Part shown: positions 25,298-37,503 of the stretch, in pieces | Layout of the letters: the number at the start of each line of letters is the position of its first letter | Position numbering within the stretch: position 1 is the first letter of the stretch | From: Octopus bimaculoides | Lineage: Eukaryota | Direction of reading: 5' to 3' | Length of the DNA stretch: 64,000 bases | NCBI RefSeq assembly: GCF_001194135.2 | Contig: NC_068998.1 | Location: 53,035,388 to 53,099,387, forward strand | Position numbers and translations under genes: made by a program | Notes under the pieces: model-generated | Databases searched by the model: none | Told to the model about the DNA's origin: nothing | Seen by the model: the letters and a program-made list of their open reading frames with translations, nothing else

Positions 25298-26544
25298 TTT
25301 ATCAGTTAGTAACAGATGATGGCTTTTAGGGGCTTCGTCAGACTTCCAACTGGTGGTATAGGACTCGTTGGTACTGGAACAGAGGCAAAAGGGTCCTGCT
25401 TATTCTTCTTGTGATTTTGAGATATCGTGGCAGAAAGCCCTCACATGACTTTTGCTCCCGCAAATGCAACTACCTGGATTCCTACCTTCCATTGTTATCT
25501 TTAGCACGATGACTTGAACCCACGTCAATCTCATCTGTTTTGTGGCCCCGCGGAAAACGTCGGTATACGCGCTTTCTTGAGACCAAACCGTTAAAAATAT
25601 TTCACATCAGTGTTTGGCTTATATAAGTATTGTGCGCCATCTATATTGCCTTCTGTCTTCAATACTAAACAGTATACTCAAGTTTTATTTGTGCGATGTC
25701 AATTACTTTGTATTTTATCAGCACAATGTATTTGTGTTGCTTTGAGAGTTAGTTAGCCTTCCTCGTTTCTATTTTCAGAAGGAAGAGCAATAAATATGCA
25801 GCTACAACAAAAATTTCAAAACAAACGAAAGACAACTATAAATATATTTTCTAAAAATGGACCGTGAGTGAAATAGTCGTGAGAAGACAGAGGAATATAT
25901 TTCCAAAGAAAAAAGATTGCTAATGTTGAATATTGTCAGAGGAATATTTCAAAAGGAAAAGAATTCTATGACATAGTAAACGGTATCATTTGCAAAGCTG
26001 CTTCCTCACAATGACGAGCTTGTTCCTGACTCTAATAGGATTAAGCATAACTTCTTTTATCGACGAATCCCAGTTTTATTCTGTTGTAATGTAAATTGTG
26101 CGCTGTCATTAATATATTTCTCTCAGTATTTATTGCTGTGTATATTCATACACATATAAGCGTATGCCGATAGATATATGTACACCCAACTCGCGCGCAC
26201 ACACACACCCGCGTTTTTAAGTTACAAATCACATTCCAAAGTTTCTCGACTACTTCTACTTCAATGCAAAAGAAACATATTCTTGTTGTAAGTATATTTT
26301 CAAATAAAATTATTACACTCTACTATCAAATGTACTGGGTTCATTTTTATAATTTACACACACTTTATCCTCATATTATGAACTTCCTTTTATACACACA
26401 CATATAAACACATATATCACGTGTATGTGAGAAACATACATAAAAACGTGCATTGTACCGTCAAATCTTCTTTGAGCATTGAATATTCTACTTTCTAATA
26501 TTGGTTCTTATTTTTTATTCATTCGGCACATATTTCATTATCAA

Positions 26545-26640
26545 TCTAGGTTTGTGCGTCCTAAAACCGATCCAGGATTGGTTTTGTGCTTTTCGGCTCG
26601 AAATTATCGACCTTGTACCAAAAATTGAAACCAATATTTA
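26545..26640 (+). mobile_element. SINE family A 3' end, diverged
   Basis: CCTTGTACCAAAAATTGAAACCAATAT is the reverse-complement match of the tail at 2461-2485. Confidence 0.55.
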
Positions 26641-27351
26641 GCATGTATTTTGTGAAAATTTCATACTTAAAACAAGTGTGTGTATATACATGTGTGTGTG
26701 TGTGTGAGTGTGTGGATATACGGAAAAGACTCAAGATCAGTTCATATAACAATAACATGAAAATCAGATCACGAATGAATGAAATATTTCAACAGATAAG
26801 AACTTCTTTGCAGCTCTGCATTTTTCTTACGTACCAATCTCTAAATACTGAAACGTATTCGTATGTCAATTATAGTCATGTCTATTTTCTTTCATCTGCT
26901 TAGTAACATCTATTTTTTTCTGCCTCAATACCACCAATAAGGTAAGTTTAAAATCTTAAAAGGCTGCTAAAGGAATTACATATAGTCTCAGAAGACAAAC
27001 CATGTAAATCATTCTATATTTAACAAACCAGTTTTTACCAGTTTGTACTGAAAATCACTGAACCGTAAAGCATTTATTTATTTATTTTCGTCATCTAAAA
27101 TCCAAAATTAAATACGGCTGAGAAGTTTTGGAATACTGTAAAAACAACATACACAATTCAAATACGCATAAAATTCCCAATGAATGCAAATATTTGCTGA
27201 TGTTATGTATAACACTACTTACTCAGCACATCGCAGATGTGGTAATCCCATGTTATTGGTTTTACGGAATCTTGTTTTACAAAATATTTTCATAATCAAT
27301 GATTTGGCATTTTACAATTCATCAATTCATTAACTCCGGTCTGCTCAACTT

Positions 27352-27387
<36 letters not shown>

Positions 27388-27594
27388 NNNNNNNNNNNNN
27401 NNNNNNNNNNNNNNNNNNNNNNNNNNNNNNNNNNNNNNNNNNNNNNNNNNNNNNNNNNNNNNNNNNNNNNNNNNNNNNNNNNNNNNNNNNNNNNNNNNNN
27501 NNNNNNNNNNNNNNNNNNNNNNNNNNNNNNNNNNNNNNNNNNNNNNNNNNNNNNNNNNNNNNNNNNNNNNNNNNNNNNNNNNNNNNNNNNNNNN

Positions 27595-27655
<61 letters not shown>

Positions 27656-29421
27656 TATATGTATGTACAAGAACTTACGGAGTTACTTGTGCACGACCGG
27701 GAATTGGAGCTGTGAACTTTTTTGCCTCTTTTTTCTTCCTTCTCTTCATTTACCTATTTCTTCTCTTTTGTCTTCCGTGTCGTCATTTCAATCATCTATA
27801 CCATTCTCATTTTCCCTATTTGTCTCCGATGGCAGAATATCCCATACTCCGGGATATCCCAGAGACAGAAAATAATAATAACAACAATGACGAGGAGGAG
27901 GAGGAGAAGGAGGAAGGGGATAAACTGGTGTTTGTTAGTCTCAGATGAGTCTTGGTTGCAGGGACCTATTATGAAACGTTTTTGAATTGTAATTAACCTT
28001 GCCGTCTTCTATGTAAAAGAGTGACTCAGTTTTCTTAAATGATCTTTTTAAGACTACTGGGTGTGATTTTATGATGAATTGGTTGATATTTCTACTGGAA
28101 GGGTCTCTGAGCATAGTTGGATGGAAAAATTGTCGTTTTCATTTAGCAAATATTAATGTACCATTAAGTGAAACGAAGCAGATTGAAAATATAGATGCAA
28201 TAATTACTTGTTGCTCGCCAGAAGCGTATGTCTGTGTCTTTGATGTTTCGTAGCAAACTAGAAAATGAGCTGCAACAAAGAACACTTAGACAACAACTTG
28301 CGTTAGGCACTTCCTTCAGTAAACACATTCGTCAGATTTATCATATCGAAAAATTATTATAATTAAATTAAACTTGTCTAATAGTGACATGCGTACTGAT
28401 AGATCGTCTGCTATTAATTTAAATGAATTTGCATACACCTCGATCAATAACAGACTGGCTAAAGTATAACTGAATACAACCAAAATGAAATTGTTCATAA
28501 CAAAGTTAGAAACAACACAATTGTCTCTTTAAACATCATAATAAAGACGAGGTGTTGAATGGAGAAACAGACGAGAAAAGGAAATAGAAAGCAAGAAAAT
28601 ATTTAACGTATATAATAGTGGAGCAATGAACCGGTATTTATCCAAAAAAAGATTCCAGTAGCTGATTCACGCGTTCATTCAGAAATGAATAACAGAAAAT
28701 ACAGATAAAGAACAAGCATAAATAATGTCGGGTGTTGGGGTGGCAGAAGTCCAAAATATGTGCATCAGTATGTTATTCAAAGAGTCGGAGCCTGAGAAAA
28801 AGAATCACATCGGAGCGAAACTGTACCAAAGAAAATGTGTGCGTTTGTTTAGAATACATTAATAATAATAATAAGATTCTTCCATGTCGTAAGTAACGTT
28901 AAGATGGTAAGTAACCTCCATGTAGGAAAAGTGAAATAAATAAATTAATAAATAAATACATAGACTAAAATTACCCTAACAAAGCAAATATGAAAATAAC
29001 AACATTTATATAATCAACGTATTCGTCATGCAGAAAGAATATATCAGTCGAAGACATTTAACGTTATGTAGAAAATCAACAATGGAGAGTTCATGATTTC
29101 AATGAGAAGTAAACATATATACAGAGAGAGGATTAAAATTCACAAACAAAATGATCATACGGTTTTATTAGAATATATAAAATTCCGTTTGATGAAATAT
29201 TTAAAATTAGTAGAACATTATGGAAGAAAGGATGAAAAGATACATTATCGTGAGCAAAACTTAAATGACAAATTAATGCAAACAATGAAAGGATACAATT
29301 AAACTGTAGAGAAAATAGTGTGGCAGAATTATTAAATAAACTTGTTTATATAGAGAGTGTTTTTGAAAATACATCAGTCGGAACGAGATGAAAGAATTAT
29401 TCACATAAAGAGAGATAATAA

Positions 29422-29875
29422 AGATTTCTAACATTGGCACGAAGCTAGGAATTTTGGTCTGAAGGGTATGTTGGTTTAGATGTACCCCATTACTGAAATG
29501 ATATAAATTTGATTGATTCCGAAATGATAAAAGGCAAAAAACTCGGATCTGGTGGGCTTTGTATTAGGAACATGAAAGGAGACCATCAAATAACACAAGT
29601 ATTATTCTGCCACATTTACTGATTCTAACATCAACCAAATGCAATTAAGTGTAAATAATGATTGTCTCTAACAAAGGCACAAGGTCTGAAATTTGCTGGA
29701 AGGTTCCGATCGATACGTTGGAACCAAGATTTTTACTGGTACTTTGTTTTATCAACCCGGCAGCGATGAACGGCAAATGTGACCTCGTCAGAATATAAAG
29801 TCAGAATGAAGAAAGTGAGAACAAAAAATGCAAATAATTCCGAGGCTTTCGTGATTTTGTCAGCTCATCAATTTG
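29422..29875 (-). mobile_element. Two diverged SINE family A copies (~29422-29556 and ~29662-29875)
   Basis: Each starts (on +) with CTAACA..GGCAC(G/A)A and contains ATGA..GGCAAA; the second has ACTGGTACTTTGTTTTATCAACCC. Confidence 0.62.
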
Positions 29876-29894
29876 CCTGTGATTAATAATCCTT

Positions 29895-30015
29895 TACGTT
29901 ATTTACATTTGACGGATATTTGTCCTCATCTTGTTTGTTGTTAACACGTTTCGGTTGATATATAAATGTAATTAATGTAAATAATGTACGTAATTCCTCA
30001 TCTCTTAAATATAGA
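29895..30015 (-). mobile_element. Second fragment of the same PLE terminus: inverted piece followed by a direct piece
   Basis: Reverse complement of 29895-29963 (TATATCAACCGAAACGTGTTAACAACAAACAAGATGAGGACAAATATCCGTCAAATGTAAATAACG) closely matches 3388-3458. The direct ATGTAAATAATG at ~29975 repeats the tail on the + strand. Confidence 0.85.
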
Positions 30016-30027
30016 TGTGTAATGATG

Positions 30028-30115
30028 CTTTCTTTCTTTATGCTTTCTGTCATTGAACTGCGACCATGCTGGGGCAGCTTCTTGACAGCTTTAGTCGAAC
30101 AAATCGACCCGAGTG
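30028..30115 (-). mobile_element. SINE family B 3' end
   Basis: GTCATTGAACTGCGACCATGCTGGGGCAGC..TTTAGTCGAACAAATCGACCC is the reverse complement of the family B tail. Confidence 0.8.
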
Positions 30116-30824
30116 CGTATCACGTGAATCGGCCTTTCTCATTTTTAAGATATATATATATATATATAAGCAATGTTAATTCTCTAAATGAAGTATTAAC
30201 AGTAACTGCACGATAAAGTGTAGTATATTGCCACTTAAGTGTGGCTGACCCCTAGGGGTGGATGTTACTGTTGCTTTTAGCCCCAGGAGGACATCTCCTC
30301 CAGCTGGCTTATCGACACACGACTGTGTCCTGTTTGCCAAGGGAGTTATCCCTCTNNNNNNNNNNNNNNNNNNNNNNNNNNNNNNNNNNNNNNNNNNNNN
30401 NNNNNNNNNNNNNNNNNNNNNNNNNNNNNNNNNNNNNNNNNNNNNNNNNNNNNNNNNNNNNNNNNNNNNNNNNNNNNNNNNNNNNNNNNNNNNNNNNNNN
30501 NNNNNNNNNNNNNNNNNNNNNNNNNNNNNNNNNNNNNNNNNNNNNNNNNNNNNNNNNNNNNNNNNNNNNNNNNNNNNNNNNNNNNNNNNNNNNNNNNNNN
30601 NNNNNNNNNNNNNNNNNNNNNNNNNNNNNNNNNNNNNNNNNNNNNNNNNNNNNNNNNNNNNNNNNNNNNNNNNNNNNNNNNNNNNNNNNNNNNNNNNNNN
30701 NNNNNNNNNNNNNNNNNNNNNNNNNNNNNNNNNNNNNNNNNNNNNNNNNNTATATATATATATATATATATATTCCGTTATTCTTTTGTTCCAGTTATTT
30801 GACCGCCCACAGGACTTATTTTTT

Positions 30825-31060
30825 TTTTATGCCTAGTACTTATTCTATCGATCGTTTAACCGACCCGCTAAGAAATCGATAGAGATCGCTTGACAAACGG
30901 CGCTGGTAGTGAAGCGGTGGTGGCGGACAACTGCAAAGAAACACCCAGGCACACGCAAACTCATGGACGTATATACGACGAACGTCTTCCAGTTTCCATC
31001 TAGTAAATCCCCTCACAAGAACAGTGAAGACTGACTTCCAGTGTTTCACGCACACAAACA
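30825..31060 (-). mobile_element. SINE family B copy
   Basis: GCCTAGTACTTATTCTATCG..CCGCTAAG..AAGCGGTGGTG..ATATACGACG..CAGTTTCCATCTAGTAAATCCCCTCACAAG is the reverse complement of family B. Confidence 0.75.
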
Positions 31061-31199
31061 CACACGAAACGGCGAATTCCTAGAAATGAAGTTCGATTCC
31101 GTAGCAAATAATAGAAAGAAAAAAATAAACAGAGAAATATGCATAACAAGACGGTCAAACAAACAGCGTGAACTCATATTGACAGAGCAATATTTGCGT

Positions 31200-31475
31200 G
31201 GGTAGAATGATGAGGATCAAGTTCATGATGGCTACGGTGATGATAATGATAATGATAATGATAACAATAATAATAATATTAAACGAGAAGAAATACAGCA
31301 CCAGTAACAGCGAAATAATAATCTATGTAACAACACCACCACCAACAACAGTAATAATAATAACAATAATAATGATAATAATATTAATAATAATAATAAT
31401 AATAATAGCGATATTAATAATGACAATTATTATTATTTAGCTTATTATCCTTATCCTTATCCTTATTATTATTAT
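31200..31475. repeat. (AAT)n/(GAT)n low-complexity tract
   Basis: Long imperfect ATAATA runs plus (CCTTAT)3. Confidence 0.85.
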
Positions 31476-31886
31476 TACATTCGTGGTATTGGAGTGGTTG
31501 AGAAAGAAAAAGAGGAAACGGCAGGTGGTGGATGAAGAGGAGGAAAAACAAATAAAAAGACACAGATGAAGAAAGAGAACGAGAGAACATCTATGAAAAC
31601 AAGATACAAACTCAACTCGGTATAATGACTTTTTTTTTCTAAACATCGTAATAATTGAAAAATATAATAAAAATAACATTTGAAGGAAAAGTTCTGAATT
31701 TTTTATGAAGCTAACAGACGTGAGTGAGATTGTGCATTGACTCGCTTTTGCAAGAATGATTTTCAAAAACGGGTTGTTTACATTTTATATTCATAAGAGA
31801 AATGCGTGTGACTTTTTTAACGGCAGATTTTTTACGGTATTCAGACAATCACAATTAATTTAAGCAACACATGAATCGTTCTGCTA

Positions 31887-31929
<43 letters not shown>

Positions 31930-32033
31930 CATAAGCACGTACAAATGCACATGTATTCGTAGTTTCATATTTATATGCATGAACCAACACACATATGTGA
32001 GCAAATAAGTTATGTTGTACAAAGAAATGCTTG

Positions 32034-32076
32034 ATAGTAAATTCGAAGTTTCGGCGCGCCCGACTTCATCAGACTG

Positions 32077-32080
<4 letters not shown>
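32034..32080 (-). ncRNA. Hammerhead-ribozyme-like motif (second family) adjacent to (TA)n
   Basis: Minus strand reads ACAGT-CTGATGA-A-GTCGGGCGCGCC-GAAAC-TTCGAA-TTT-ACT. Both core boxes are intact, stem II is G/C-rich with one mismatch, stem III AACTTCGAATTT is one base from a perfect palindrome, and stem I is AGT/ACT. Confidence 0.6.
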
Positions 32081-32125
<45 letters not shown>

Positions 32126-32486
32126 CATTTGGCAGGTTGTTCTTTGGTAGGTGGAGTAAAGTGAATGAGAATTAGATGTTGTCTAAGTAGATAAGGGAAA
32201 TAGTTGTCTAGAAATGAGAATGGGGGGAAGAGAGAAGAATAAGATGTAACCGAATATGTAGGATATTTGTACGATGTGATCTCTGAATGTGAAATCATGC
32301 ATATATACACGCATACATACATGCATTTGTATATATGCATATGCATACATGCGTACGTATTTATACATATGTACATATATAAACGTACACTTATACATGT
32401 ATATACGTGTATGTGTACATATATACCCGCATGTATATACAAATAGATAGGGGAGAGAGTAAGCGAGAGAGAGAAGGAATGTGTGT

Positions 32487-32518
<32 letters not shown>

Positions 32519-32899
32519 ATGGGAGAATGAAAGAGACAGGGAACTGCTGTAGTCGTTCAGAAATGAAATCTCTAATGGATATACTGTTTTAAAACTCGAT
32601 ACATATCGGAAGAACATGGATATATATATTGCACCAATACCTGAATAAATTATTTCAATAATGTATTAACATTAAATACGATACGTTGATGGCGGTTTTA
32701 CCATCATACCGCTTCTATTCCGTGTTACAAATTCTCTTCATCTGGGTGACTATTACTCAAGTGAAAAGCTTTCCTCTTTTCCTAGGTATTGCAGGCGACA
32801 TATCTTGTCTACTCATGTAGTTGAGTCTGAGTACTGGCCATCGACTAGGCACCTAAGCCACTTGTGGTCTACTTTCTTCCGCATCATTTTGTTTCACAT

Positions 32900-33641
32900 T
32901 ACATTGCATCATATATAGCCGCTACTGACAGCCTTCCCATAACACGAGAGGCGTTGGTCACCGTCTGCGAGACAAAATCAACACCCTGACGCAATTCATT
33001 CTCTCAGAAATTTGGAAATGATATGCTGTACTGCCTGGCCTACGCGCCGGAAGCTCCAATACAAACATTTCAGAGTGTTTGAGTGTCAATCTGAGGACAT
33101 TGCAATCTGTGGACATATACCGAGAGCGATAAAAATCAAACATCCAGTCAACCTCATGATGCTTGCACTGATCAATAGTGAGAGCGACGTCATGCCTCCA
33201 CTCATCTACCCACAAGGCCTCAGCCTCAATACGGAGGCATACATAAAGTGACGGGTGGAGGTAGTGCTGTCCTGGCTCAAGAGTGACTGCTGGAAGACCG
33301 TATCTCTAGCAACATGATTCTGCACCATGCCACACAAGCAGTAGAACCCAGTCATGGCTGTCAGACAATTTCTGCGAGCAATTCGCCCCTAACATCTGGC
33401 TACCTATCTCCCCAGACTGCAACCCCCTTTATTATTATGTGTGGGCCGCAGTTGAGCGAAAGACCAACAAATCTCCATTTGACACCAAAAATGTACTGAA
33501 GGCAAATATTCTGGCAGCATTCACCAACTTCAAGAAGGAAAGTTTCCAGAGAGTTGCAGGAGATTCCGAAGTCGTCTAGTGGTCGTGGTTGAAGCCAGTG
33601 GCAATTTTATTGAATAAATTCCCACTTTAGTATTTCAATAT
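32900..33641 (+). mobile_element. Internally deleted DD37D (maT) Tc1/mariner transposon relic
   Basis: N-terminal HTH piece GLRAGSSNTNISECLSVNLRTLQ (33037-33105) is joined directly to the catalytic part IKHPVNLMMLALINSESDVMPPLIYPQGLSLNTEAYIK..GRPYL*QHDSAPCHTS..WLSDNF..IWLPISPDCNPLYYYVWAAVER..CRRFRSRL..EASGNFIE* (stop 33615-33617). The second D (33316-33318) is followed by exactly 37 residues before the third catalytic position (33430-33432, TAT instead of GAT). The left boundary is approximate and the right end runs into an N-gap. Confidence 0.9.
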
Positions 33642-34084
33642 NNNNNNNNNNNNNNNNNNNNNNNNNNNNNNNNNNNNNNNNNNNNNNNNNNNNNNNNNNN
33701 NNNNNNNNNNNNNNNNNNNNNNNNNNNNNNNNNNNNNNNNNNNNNNNNNNNNNNNNNNNNNNNNNNNNNNNNNNNNNNNNNNNNNNNNNNNNNNNNNNNN
33801 NNNNNNNNNNNNNNNNNNNNNNNNNNNNNNNNNNNNNNNNNNNNNNNNNNNNNNNNNNNNNNNNNNNNNNNNNNNNNNNNNNNNNNNNNNNNNNNNNNNN
33901 NNNNNNNNNNNNNNNNNNNNNNNNNNNNNNNNNNNNNNNNNNNNNNNNNNNNNNNNNNNNNNNNNNNNNNNNNNNNNNNNNNNNNNNNNNNNNNNNNNNN
34001 NNNNNNNNNNNNNNNNNNNNNNNNNNNNNNNNNNNNNNNNNNNNNNNNNNNNNNNNNNNNNNNNNNNNNNNNNNNNNNNNNNNN

Positions 34085-34132
<48 letters not shown>

Positions 34133-34794
34133 TTTATTTATTTGAACGTAAATATGTACACTTACATCCATCTTTAACAATATAATAGAATAGGAAACAA
34201 GGATAGGAAACACAATTCGTCTGACGCCAGCAGCATAGCACAGTGGTATGAAATAAAATATAATACAAAACAGAAGAAGCGAAGACATAAAGTATCAGAA
34301 ATGTTTCTATGATTTAATATTTAGCAAACGGAAAACGAAGGAAATGCTTTAAAATATAATATTTAAAAGTATACAATTAGCAACCATAGAAAGGCCTGTA
34401 ACCTGTTGCAAGTGTTATAAAATTGGCGGAAGCTTTAACTTCTTTTGGAAACACAATCGGTATCTCTTGTTTTCTCCCGTGTACAGGGTGGTACATATTC
34501 CAACGTACCATTGCAATCTCGACGGAATTTATGAAGCTTTGACACGATGCGTGTATTTAGCAACTCTATTTTATTGCGTATGCCAAGGTTTTAAGAGTGG
34601 CCATATGCATAAAATTGTACGAGTGCACTGGTTCTGCAGGCAACGTGTTTGAAAAACGTTTTACGTCATAGATTTATCCACCACTCCATCCTCGAACGAC
34701 GAAATGAAAAGCAATGTTGGACCTTGCGTGAATTTGAACAATTGCTGCCTAGAACTCCATGGTATATCCAAACTACATGGATGTATGTATGTGA

Positions 34795-34881
<87 letters not shown>

Positions 34882-36274
34882 GAATATATGTATGTATATG
34901 CATGTGTGTGCATATTTAAACGAGCAGTCAATGACAGGGGAAAAGGGAGTATGTGAGAGAGTGAGAAAGAGAGAGAGAGAGATAGAGACAGAGGGGAAAA
35001 TGTTGCGTGTTGAATATTGATAGGTACATGTATTATATTGTATTAAAGCTTGAAACCAGAAAGTACTGGAATAATCAAATTAGAATTCCCACCAAAGTCA
35101 ATTCCGCAGACAAAGGTTGAAATATAATTCATAAATTAAAAAGGAGATGAGGAAACTGAAGCATGTGGTTCTTTTTCTTTTTTTTTTTCTTTTTCTGGTT
35201 CACTACTTCGTACATTTCCCTGCAGCGGTTTTAATTAGTAGAATATAATAATTCATTCGAGTCTTGAATTTATTTATTTATTCATGACCGCTACCAGACT
35301 AATTTGTTTGGAAAAATTTTATAAAATGAAAAACATGAAGAAAATTAAATTGTTCTTGAGATGTTAAGTATTTTCTCTGTTTCAATTAAATACGAAAAAT
35401 AAAGATATATATATATACAACCATATATATACATGTGCGTGGACACAACCGTATAAATATATACACATCACACACACACTTATATATATATAATCGCGAA
35501 GAATAGAATGAATATTTAATTTAAATGTGGGTGATAACATTTTCCCGATAGTCGTAATACATTTTAAATCCCATAAAAATAGATGATAAAACAACACAGA
35601 AAATATATAACTTAATTCCCTATTTAAAATTTTTACAATTTTCTGACACTCTACAACGTGAGTTCGTAGCTATGCAAACCATGTTTTGGTTTCATTTAAC
35701 TAAACAAAAAAGACATAGAGCTCAAGAATATCTTAACATGTGTGCACTACGTATACATTAGCAGAGTATTATCGATGTTACGACGTTAAATTTACGAAAA
35801 CCTCCTGCGTATACGACACAATCATCTCTCTCAGCAAACGCTTTACTGAGCAGAAGTGCAGATGACCGAGTGAACAGAGTGTTAAGTTTATCGGACAGAA
35901 GAGTTAAAGTTTCGTAGCCTTCCCGACCGATGTGTACCCTTGTGTTTCCAGTGAAGAACAGATAGGTACCTACATCTAGAAATACAGTCTGATGAACAAG
36001 CGATATATTTGTTTTAATTGTTCATCATGTAGAATGAAAAATAGTAATTAGAAATAAGTTCAGTACTTTCCCTCTTAGTATCTATCGCTGAAGGAAATTT
36101 TAGCATTTATGGGCTGTGTGTATGTGTGTTTGTATGTGTCTGTGTATGTTTGCGTGTCTGTGTATATGTGTGTGTGAGTGTGTGTATGAATAGGAATTCT
36201 ACTTCTTTGATATGTTGTTTCATACAGTACAAAACTGTGCATTATTTTCTCTTGTATTCTCTACTCCAGTTGGA

Positions 36275-36307
36275 ATCTTAAGGATGCATTCGTAGCATAC
36301 GGTGTGT

Positions 36308-36349
<42 letters not shown>

Positions 36350-36382
36350 ACACTTCGTATGCTACGAAAGCATCCTTAAGAT
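36275..36382. repeat. Fold-back: 37-bp inverted arms around (AT)17
   Basis: 36275-36311 vs 36346-36382 are 34/37 complementary, and the (AT)n core is self-complementary. Confidence 0.93.
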
Positions 36383-36419
36383 ATATAGCATGCGGAGTGT
36401 ATTGATAGGCTTGGTGTAG

Positions 36420-36700
36420 CCCATCTTTGCAGGTTTGCCCGCATCAAGTTTCTTATAGAATGAGAGCAACGTTATTAATTTGTTGGTAGGAAAGAAGGTC
36501 GGGACTAAGGCCATAAAAAAACACAACTATATATTGTGGAATAATGTGTTTTATGTGGCAAAAAGTCGCACTGCCAACTCTTCTCTGTTTACGCAAATGC
36601 AATATTGCATTTCGTATCAAAAGAAGAACTTCCATGCACTTCATGTGGTATGAAATCTTAATCAAATATTTTCTGTATTTTCAAAAATGTGTTTACTGTT
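36420..36700 (-). mobile_element. Possible RTE-like LINE 3' coding relic
   Basis: ORF 36453-36665 ISYHMKCMEV..LRKQRRVGSATFCH resembles RTE C-terminal ISW..H..N.E....IR.RR..LAGHC. Weak. Confidence 0.25.
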
Positions 36701-37462
36701 GATATATTGTAATATTTAGAACTCTAATCTCCATCTGTCCAAATGTGTTTATCTGCCTGTTTCGGTGGTTCATTGAACAAAGATAGCCATATTGTGTCAG
36801 CTATGCATTTTAACGTTTCGATTATTTATGCCATTTTCTCTGTCAGCACCTCCCGATAAAGATTTCTTTGACTCTCCTGTCAAGCTGTGATGAATTATCT
36901 CAGCAAGGCAGTAATTAATGATAATTTTATAGCCTGTTATTTCGTTGTAAATGTTGGCGTATATCATTAAATTTAGACAGTAAAATATATAGTGCAGACG
37001 GTTTTGTCAATTCTGTACTTATCAATCAGTTGTAAGGGTGGAGCTTGTATTCCATGGTGCTTACAACACAATGTCCGAATATAATTTTTAGTAACCAAGT
37101 TTCTCCTGTCTCTAAGTGGGTAATTCAATACATATAATACCTGTCTCATTAGAAGCAGTTGCAGTGATAAGTTACCATCTTGAGACATACTGCAACCTGT
37201 CTAAATCAAAAATAAATGTAGAGTTCTCGCCGATGGCGTTAATCTACGCGGTTCAAAAAGTTGTGCTGACATTAATCGCATAGTTTCTCAGAAAGATTCT
37301 TTCCATCAAATATGTACATGCCTTAGGTCTCTGGTTTCCAGTTCATATGGACGATTAACCAGCCGCATCTAAAATTTTACATTGCCGGGGCTTTCGAGGG
37401 ATCCTTTGTAGTATTTCAGTGGCATAAACAATACGTGTGTGTGAGTGGCTAAGATCAACATG

Positions 37463-37503
<41 letters not shown>

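Noticed and set aside
27663-27885. Possible LINE 3' end (short coding tail, pyrimidine-rich UTR, (TAA)n)
   Set aside because: No diagnostic motif and no second copy in the window.
34482-34780. TACAGGGTGG mariner-like left end
   Set aside because: No matching right TIR or transposase motif found.
35980-36027. AAATACAGTCTGATGAA identical to the minus strand at 32065-32081, plus a 10-bp hairpin TGATGAACAA/TTGTTCATCA
   Set aside because: No GAAAC box or stem II; a 17-nt AT-rich match can arise by chance in 64 kb on two strands and overlaps a SINE family D-like motif.
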